This document shows positions 15,045-20,000 of a stretch of DNA of 20,000 bases, in pieces (position 1 is the stretch's first letter; each line of letters begins with the position of its first letter). The notes below the pieces were generated by a model, which was not told the origin of the DNA, made no database searches, and was given only the letters and a program-made list of their open reading frames with translations. Location: the IMG/VR virus record IMGVR_UViG_3300046096_000178; one strand, written 5' to 3'. A program made the position numbers and the translations under genes. The stretch is from an uncultured virus (IMG/VR IMGVR_UViG_3300046096_000178) (taxonomy: Duplodnaviria; Heunggongvirae; Uroviricota; Caudoviricetes).

Positions 15045-15859
15045 ACTCGATAAAAGACATATTTGGCATTCAAAGCGCACCCGCTGCACCAGACTACACT
15101 GGAGCTGCTCAAGCCACAGCGTCGGGGAATCTAGCGGCGGCACAACAGGCAACCCGCGCTAATCGAGTTAATCAATATACGCCTTACGGTTCACTGACAT
15201 ACCAAGAAAACCCGAATGGGACTTGGGACCAGAACATGAACCTGTCATCCACAGGGCAGCAACTTCTAAACGCAGACAACCAATCTGCACTAGGTTTAGC
15301 AGGACTGCAAAGCAACGCAATGCAAGGCGTAGCAGGTCAGCAGGGCCGTGGCTGGGATGACGCATCGCTGACACCCAGCGCAATCAACCCCGGACAAACG
15401 GCTCAAGATGCGATTATGTCGCGCCTAAATCCTCAGTTTGACCGTCGCCAGTCTGCACTTGAAACACAACTTGCAAACCAAGGCATCGCTCGCGGTACAG
15501 AGGCGTGGACTAACGGCATGACAGACCTAAACAACGCTCGCAACGATGCAACGTCTCAAGCTGCATTACAAGGTATCGGACTAGGCCAACAAGCCCGTCA
15601 GCAAGGCATTCAAGAGCAGCAATATTTCAACTCCCGCGACTTAAATAACCTCAACGCGCTGCGCACCGGTTCACAGGTGACAAACCCAACATTCAGCAAC
15701 TACAACCAACAGGCTACGACTGGAGGGGCTGACATGATGGGAGCTACTCAGGCAGGATATAACGCGCAACTAGGGCAGACCAACGCTAACAACGCATTCG
15801 GAAGCTCTGCCATGCAAGGCTTGTTTGGTCTTGGCGGCGCTTACATGGGGATGAAATAA
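15041..15859 (+). CDS. Internal virion / DNA ejection (pilot) protein 1 (272 aa)
   Basis: APAAPDY...ANRVNQYTPYGSLTY and LETQLANQGIARGTEAW motifs. Q/N/G/A-rich with a hydrophobic Gly-rich end. First gene after the GNAT-like gene. Confidence 0.75.
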   Translation: MNSIKDIFGIQSAPAAPDYTGAAQATASGNLAAAQQATRANRVNQYTPYGSLTYQENPNGTWDQNMNLSSTGQQLLNADNQSALGLAGLQSNAMQGVAGQQGRGWDDASLTPSAINPGQTAQDAIMSRLNPQFDRRQSALETQLANQGIARGTEAWTNGMTDLNNARNDATSQAALQGIGLGQQARQQGIQEQQYFNSRDLNNLNALRTGSQVTNPTFSNYNQQATTGGADMMGATQAGYNAQLGQTNANNAFGSSAMQGLFGLGGAYMGMK

Positions 15860-15860
15860 C

Positions 15861-17078
15861 ATGGCAGCCCCGATCATGGCCCCCGGTGCTTACGATGCAG
15901 AGTCGGAAGCTATCCGCCGTCGCCTAGCATTTGCAGAGGCGCTTAAATCCCCAACTGCGCAAGGTGGGCAGATGGTGAGTGGACATTACGTCCCCATGAA
16001 TCCATTAGCGGGACTGGCTGACTTGCTTCGCGCAAAGTGGGGTAAGGAAGAAAGTGAAGGCGCGACCAAAGACCAACAGGCACTAGCTGACCGAATCCGC
16101 AACAAACAGAGCGAAGAATGGGCGGGCGTATCGGGTATGTTGACCGGGAAACCCGCGCAGACTATGCAACCCCTTACGCCGAACGATGACGAAGGCAATG
16201 TAAACCCTGCTATCAACGTAGGCGCACAGGCCCCAGATATTGCAGCGGCATATGCACGCGCCTTGCAAGCAGAAGATCCAACATTGCGGCAGTTTGGTAT
16301 GCAGGGTATGGCGCAAATGCCACAACTAGAAGCGCAGAAACAAGAGCGCATCGACGCACGCACATTCCGTCAACAAGAGTCAGAGGCATCCCGCACAGCA
16401 CGCGCAGAGGAATTGCAGCAGCGGCTACAAGATGCACGCGCAAGCCAGACAGAGCGATTAGCGGCTCAAAAGGAATTGCGCGAGATGCAAATTCAGGCGC
16501 AGCGTGATAACGCTCGATTGGTTTCGTCTTTGCGTCAACCCGCACAAGCTCAGATCATCCAAACTGAAAATGGGCCAATGCAACTTATCGGCGGTAAAGC
16601 CGTGCCGATTACCGGGCCTGATGGTAGGCCAGTGCAAGGCACAAAAACAGGCGCTGCGGCTGACGTTACAAAGCAGAAAGATGCACAAGATGCTCTTACC
16701 CTGTTGGAACAAGCTGCGCCATTGGTTCGCGGTGCAACGGGTAGCACTATCGGCGCGGGATTGGATTGGATGGCTGGCGCTGTAGGTGCGGCTCCAAAGG
16801 GCGCACAAAACATCGCACAGCTAAAAGCAATATCCGGCATGTTGGTGGCGAAAATGCCGAAAATGTCCGGCCCTCAGTCTGACAAAGACGTGCAACTCTA
16901 TCGAGAGATGGCTGGAAATATTGGCGACCCGAGCGTACCGACAAAGCTGAAAGAGGAAGCAATGAAGACTATTGCAGAGATTCAGTCAAGATATGCAGGG
17001 ATGCAACCCCCTGAACTCTCATTCGCTGGAAAAGCCTCCCCGCAAGGTGGGTGGTCTATTGCACCTGTAGGCCAATAA
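15861..17078 (+). CDS. Internal virion / DNA ejection protein 2 (405 aa)
   Basis: GQMVSGHYVP N-terminal motif, central coiled coil, GPQSDKD motif. Synteny. Confidence 0.72.
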   Translation: MAAPIMAPGAYDAESEAIRRRLAFAEALKSPTAQGGQMVSGHYVPMNPLAGLADLLRAKWGKEESEGATKDQQALADRIRNKQSEEWAGVSGMLTGKPAQTMQPLTPNDDEGNVNPAINVGAQAPDIAAAYARALQAEDPTLRQFGMQGMAQMPQLEAQKQERIDARTFRQQESEASRTARAEELQQRLQDARASQTERLAAQKELREMQIQAQRDNARLVSSLRQPAQAQIIQTENGPMQLIGGKAVPITGPDGRPVQGTKTGAAADVTKQKDAQDALTLLEQAAPLVRGATGSTIGAGLDWMAGAVGAAPKGAQNIAQLKAISGMLVAKMPKMSGPQSDKDVQLYREMAGNIGDPSVPTKLKEEAMKTIAEIQSRYAGMQPPELSFAGKASPQGGWSIAPVGQ

Positions 17079-18863
17079 ATGCCAAAGTACCGCATCACAT
17101 CCCCTGACGGTAAGACTTTCGAGATTACCGCTCCCGAGGGCGCTACGCAAGAGCAGGTGCTGTCCTACGCTCAAAGCCAGTGGAAGGATCAACAAGCAGA
17201 AAAAGCCCCAGACCCTACCGAGGGCATGAGTGGTTTTGACAAGTTCGCAGCGGGTGCGGGTAAGGCTGTGTACGACATTGGGCGCGGTGCAGGTCAAATG
17301 CTTGGTTTGGTTTCAGATCAAGACGTTGCAGAATCTCGAAAGCGTGACGAAGCCCTAATGAATACGGGCGCGGGCATGGCTGGCAACATTGCCGGGAATG
17401 TAATCACTGCACTACCTACGGCGGCAATTCCAGGCGTTAATACGGTTCTGGGTGGCGCTGCTATCGGTGCTGGTATGGCAGCATTGCAACCCACGCTGAA
17501 AGACGAAAGCAGACTGCAAAACATGGCCCTAGGTGGCGTGGCTGGTGGTGTGTTGCCTGCGATTGTCGGTGGTGTGAAAACCGCCAAGGCAGCACTCTAC
17601 GACCCGTTAGCAGGGCAAGAGCGCATTATTGGCGGTGCATTGAAGCGCAGTGCAGGCGATAAAGCGGCAGAGATTGCAAAGGCGCTTAGAAGCCAAGGCG
17701 CGGCAACTCCCGGCGTGAGATTGTCAGCGGGGCAAGTTGGTACAAGCGAGGGACTATCAGCCCTTGAAGACGCGATTACATCCGCTTTGCCTTCGGGTGA
17801 ATTGGCTCGTATGGGGCAGACAAACCGCACAGCACTTGCTGATGCTTTGCGGGGTATCGCTGGCAGCCCTGAAGCGTTGGGCGCTGCAAAAACCGCACGT
17901 GGTGATACCGCTGAAAAACTCTACGACCTTGCTCGGACTCAAGGCGTTGATGTGGCATCTTTGGCCCCAGAGGCACAAGCCAATATTGCAGCATTCCAAC
18001 AGCGCATACCCGATGACATTTTGAACCGGGCAAAAGAGCTGGCAAAAATCAGCGGCGTGAATATGGATAACGAATCCGCTATCCAAGGCATGCATTGGGT
18101 GAAAAAATCCATTGATAGCAAGATTGGCCAGGCGGTAACTTCCGGCGACAAAGAGATTGCGCGCGCCTATCAAGGATTGCAGGATGATTTGATTGCAGGC
18201 ATGGGTGAAATAAGCCCCGCATACGACACGGCCCGAAAGACATTCCAACAAATGAGCGGCCCAGTCAATCAAATGGAAGTCGGGAAAGCCCTGGCTAATA
18301 AGCTGATACCCGCAACCGCTGGCGATGTTCCCGCAAGTTTGAACTATTCCAGCTTGGCAACTGCCATGCGAAACCCTGACCAAATAGCCCAACGTGCTAC
18401 GGGTTTCTCTGGTGCAAAGATGGGTTCTATTTTGTCACCTGACCAAATGGGAACCGTGCAAGGCGTTACGTCAGACGCAAGCCGTATTGCAGAAGCTTTG
18501 AAGCGTGGTAGCGGGAATAATTCCGCTACGCATCGCAGATTTACTCAGGGAGATATGCTGGCACAGCACTTCGCACAAGAGGCCCCATTCACATCCAAGA
18601 TATTGGAATTGGCCAGTAACTTACCCGGCGTTGGGTTTGTTGGAAAAGGCGTATCTCTTGCGGGTTCAGTCGTAGGCGATAAGGTCAAAGCGCAAATGCT
18701 AGGCCAGCTTGACGATATGCTGGCAAACAACCCGCAACAGGTCGCAAAGTTAATCGAGAAAGAACTCGCTCGAGTAGAACCATCGCAAAGACAGAAGATT
18801 ATTCGCGCACTGCCTCAGTCCGTGGTTTTATCTCTGCCTGCGGCTTACGTTTCGCAAAAGTAG
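17079..18863 (+). CDS. Internal virion / DNA ejection protein 3 (594 aa)
   Basis: MPKYRITSPDGKTFEITAPEGATQEQV N-terminus, Gly/Ala-rich hydrophobic segments, helical body. Last gene before the tail fibre region. Confidence 0.75.
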   Translation: MPKYRITSPDGKTFEITAPEGATQEQVLSYAQSQWKDQQAEKAPDPTEGMSGFDKFAAGAGKAVYDIGRGAGQMLGLVSDQDVAESRKRDEALMNTGAGMAGNIAGNVITALPTAAIPGVNTVLGGAAIGAGMAALQPTLKDESRLQNMALGGVAGGVLPAIVGGVKTAKAALYDPLAGQERIIGGALKRSAGDKAAEIAKALRSQGAATPGVRLSAGQVGTSEGLSALEDAITSALPSGELARMGQTNRTALADALRGIAGSPEALGAAKTARGDTAEKLYDLARTQGVDVASLAPEAQANIAAFQQRIPDDILNRAKELAKISGVNMDNESAIQGMHWVKKSIDSKIGQAVTSGDKEIARAYQGLQDDLIAGMGEISPAYDTARKTFQQMSGPVNQMEVGKALANKLIPATAGDVPASLNYSSLATAMRNPDQIAQRATGFSGAKMGSILSPDQMGTVQGVTSDASRIAEALKRGSGNNSATHRRFTQGDMLAQHFAQEAPFTSKILELASNLPGVGFVGKGVSLAGSVVGDKVKAQMLGQLDDMLANNPQQVAKLIEKELARVEPSQRQKIIRALPQSVVLSLPAAYVSQK

Positions 18864-18992
18864 ATTCTTAATGTATCCATTAGGAAAATACCGAATGACT
18901 GCAAAACGAATGCAAACTAAAAACGCAAGTATCAAAGCTATTGCCAATGGCTTGATTAGAATTGCAATCATCAATGATGTATTTTCTGTCAT
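18828..18992 (-). CDS. Small single-pass membrane protein (54 aa) on the opposite strand, not in the ORF track
   Basis: Hand translation MTENTSLMIAILIKPLAIALILAFLVCIRFAVIRYFPNGYIKNLLLRNVSRRQR. Fills the AT-rich gap between ejection protein 3 and the tail fibre. Hydrophobic helix followed by a basic tail. No clear Shine-Dalgarno. Confidence 0.7.
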   Translation of the reverse strand: MTENTSLMIAILIKPLAIALILAFLVCIRFAVIRYFPNGYIKNLLLRNVSRRQR

Positions 18993-19008
18993 AGATAAGG
19001 ATTAAAAA

Positions 19009-20000
19009 ATGTCACGTAACGGTTCAGGCACATATTCACTTCCGGCTGGTAATCCAGTCGTCAGTGGTTCAACTATAAGTTCAAATTGGGCAAATAATAC
19101 TCTTTCGGATATTGCCACAGCTTTGACTGGTTCGCTTGCAAAAGATGGGCAAACAGTGCCAACTGCCAATATTCCTATGGGTGGGTTTAAGTTGACTGGA
19201 TTGGCGGCGGCGACATCGAATGGCGACGCTCTAAGGTTTGAACAATTACCAACGCCTCCGACACTAGCTAGTTTAGGAGCTGCGGCATCCGGTGCAAACA
19301 GCGATATTACGTCACTTTCTGGCTTAACTACGCCTTTATCTCAGGCTCAAGGTGGCACAGGCTCAACGGCCGGTGTATCTAGCAAAATACAATCAATAAC
19401 GGCATCAGTTGCGGCTAATGCGCTAACGATTAGCTCTTCTGCCTTGGCGCTAGATTTTAGAAGCACGACATTAGGAACCGGAACCGCCACGACGGTATCA
19501 GGAACACCGTCCAATCTTGTGGTCCCTGCCTCTGCAACGCTTGGCACAGTATCAGCGCAGCAATCGCGCCTTGTCGTTCTCGCACTTAACAATGCAGGGA
19601 CGATTGAACTGGCAGTGGTGAACATCGCAGGTGGTAATGACCTGACAGAAACGGGATTGATTAGCACGACAGCAATCAGTGCATCGGCAACCTCTGCCAG
19701 CGTGGTATACAGCACAACAGCACGAACCTCAGTGGCTTATAGGGTGCTTGGTTACGTTGAATCCACGCAAGCAACGGCAGGAACATGGGACACTGCACCT
19801 AGTACGGTTCAAGGACAGGGTGGCAATGCGCTTGTAGGTTTGCCAATTATGCGTTCTTATACTGCTCAGGCCACTACATCAGGTACGTCTATTGACTTCA
19901 CTGGCATCCCTTCATGGGCGAAGCGGATTACTTTGATGCTAGGTGTTGTTTCCACAAGCGGCACCAGTGATTTGCTTGTTCAGGGGGGTGCTGGTTCTAT
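19009..20000 (+). CDS. Tail fibre / receptor-binding protein, N-terminal part (runs off the window), not in the ORF track
   Basis: AAGGA Shine-Dalgarno, ATG at 19009, frame open to the window end. MSRNGSGTYSLPAGNPVVSGSTISSNWANNTLSDIATALTGSLAKDGQ anchor, then GANSDITSLSGLTTPLSQAQGGTG and ATTSGTSIDFTGIPSWAKRITLML fibre-type motifs. Confidence 0.88.
   Translation, partial: MSRNGSGTYSLPAGNPVVSGSTISSNWANNTLSDIATALTGSLAKDGQTVPTANIPMGGFKLTGLAAATSNGDALRFEQLPTPPTLASLGAAASGANSDITSLSGLTTPLSQAQGGTGSTAGVSSKIQSITASVAANALTISSSALALDFRSTTLGTGTATTVSGTPSNLVVPASATLGTVSAQQSRLVVLALNNAGTIELAVVNIAGGNDLTETGLISTTAISASATSASVVYSTTARTSVAYRVLGYVESTQATAGTWDTAPSTVQGQGGNALVGLPIMRSYTAQATTSGTSIDFTGIPSWAKRITLMLGVVSTSGTSDLLVQGGAGS

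Noticed and set aside
17757..18392. 211-aa minus-strand ORF
   Set aside because: Lies wholly within ejection protein 3 on the opposite strand, with no recognisable features.
19347..19715. 122-aa minus-strand ORF, the only track ORF in the last kilobase
   Set aside because: The real gene is the + strand tail fibre from 19009, which is open to the window end.
1..20000. CRISPR array, tRNA, integrase or IS, diversity-generating retroelement, alternative genetic code
   Set aside because: No repeat-spacer array, cloverleaf, recombinase or reverse transcriptase motif, or TR/VR pair was seen by eye. Genes tile densely under the standard code with TAA, TGA and TAG all used as stops.

Overview
The window is the virion morphogenesis region of a tailed dsDNA phage or prophage with podovirus-type (P22/T7-like) organisation, almost entirely on the + strand. 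Gene order: terminase large subunit (5'-truncated), small beta-rich protein, portal, a ~5-kb block of ten accessory genes, a conserved hypothetical gene, scaffolding protein, major capsid protein, capsid decoration protein, a hypothetical gene, tail adaptor, tail nozzle, a GNAT-like assembly protein, three DNA-ejection proteins, one small antisense membrane-protein gene, and a tail fibre (3'-truncated). The most unusual part is the block between portal and scaffold (3520-8495). It looks like a multi-subunit head appendage (head-fibre) system: beta-rich modules, a polyglycine protein, a mini YD-repeat protein, two Cys-containing coiled-coil proteins with a shared N-terminal motif, a Cys6 DUF6171-like protein and an 8-repeat protein. 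Three ORFs absent from the supplied track were read by hand (3520-3681 +, 18828-18992 -, 19009->20000 +) and two starts were re-assigned (6216, 7512). All product calls come from motif recognition and gene order only; no searches were run.
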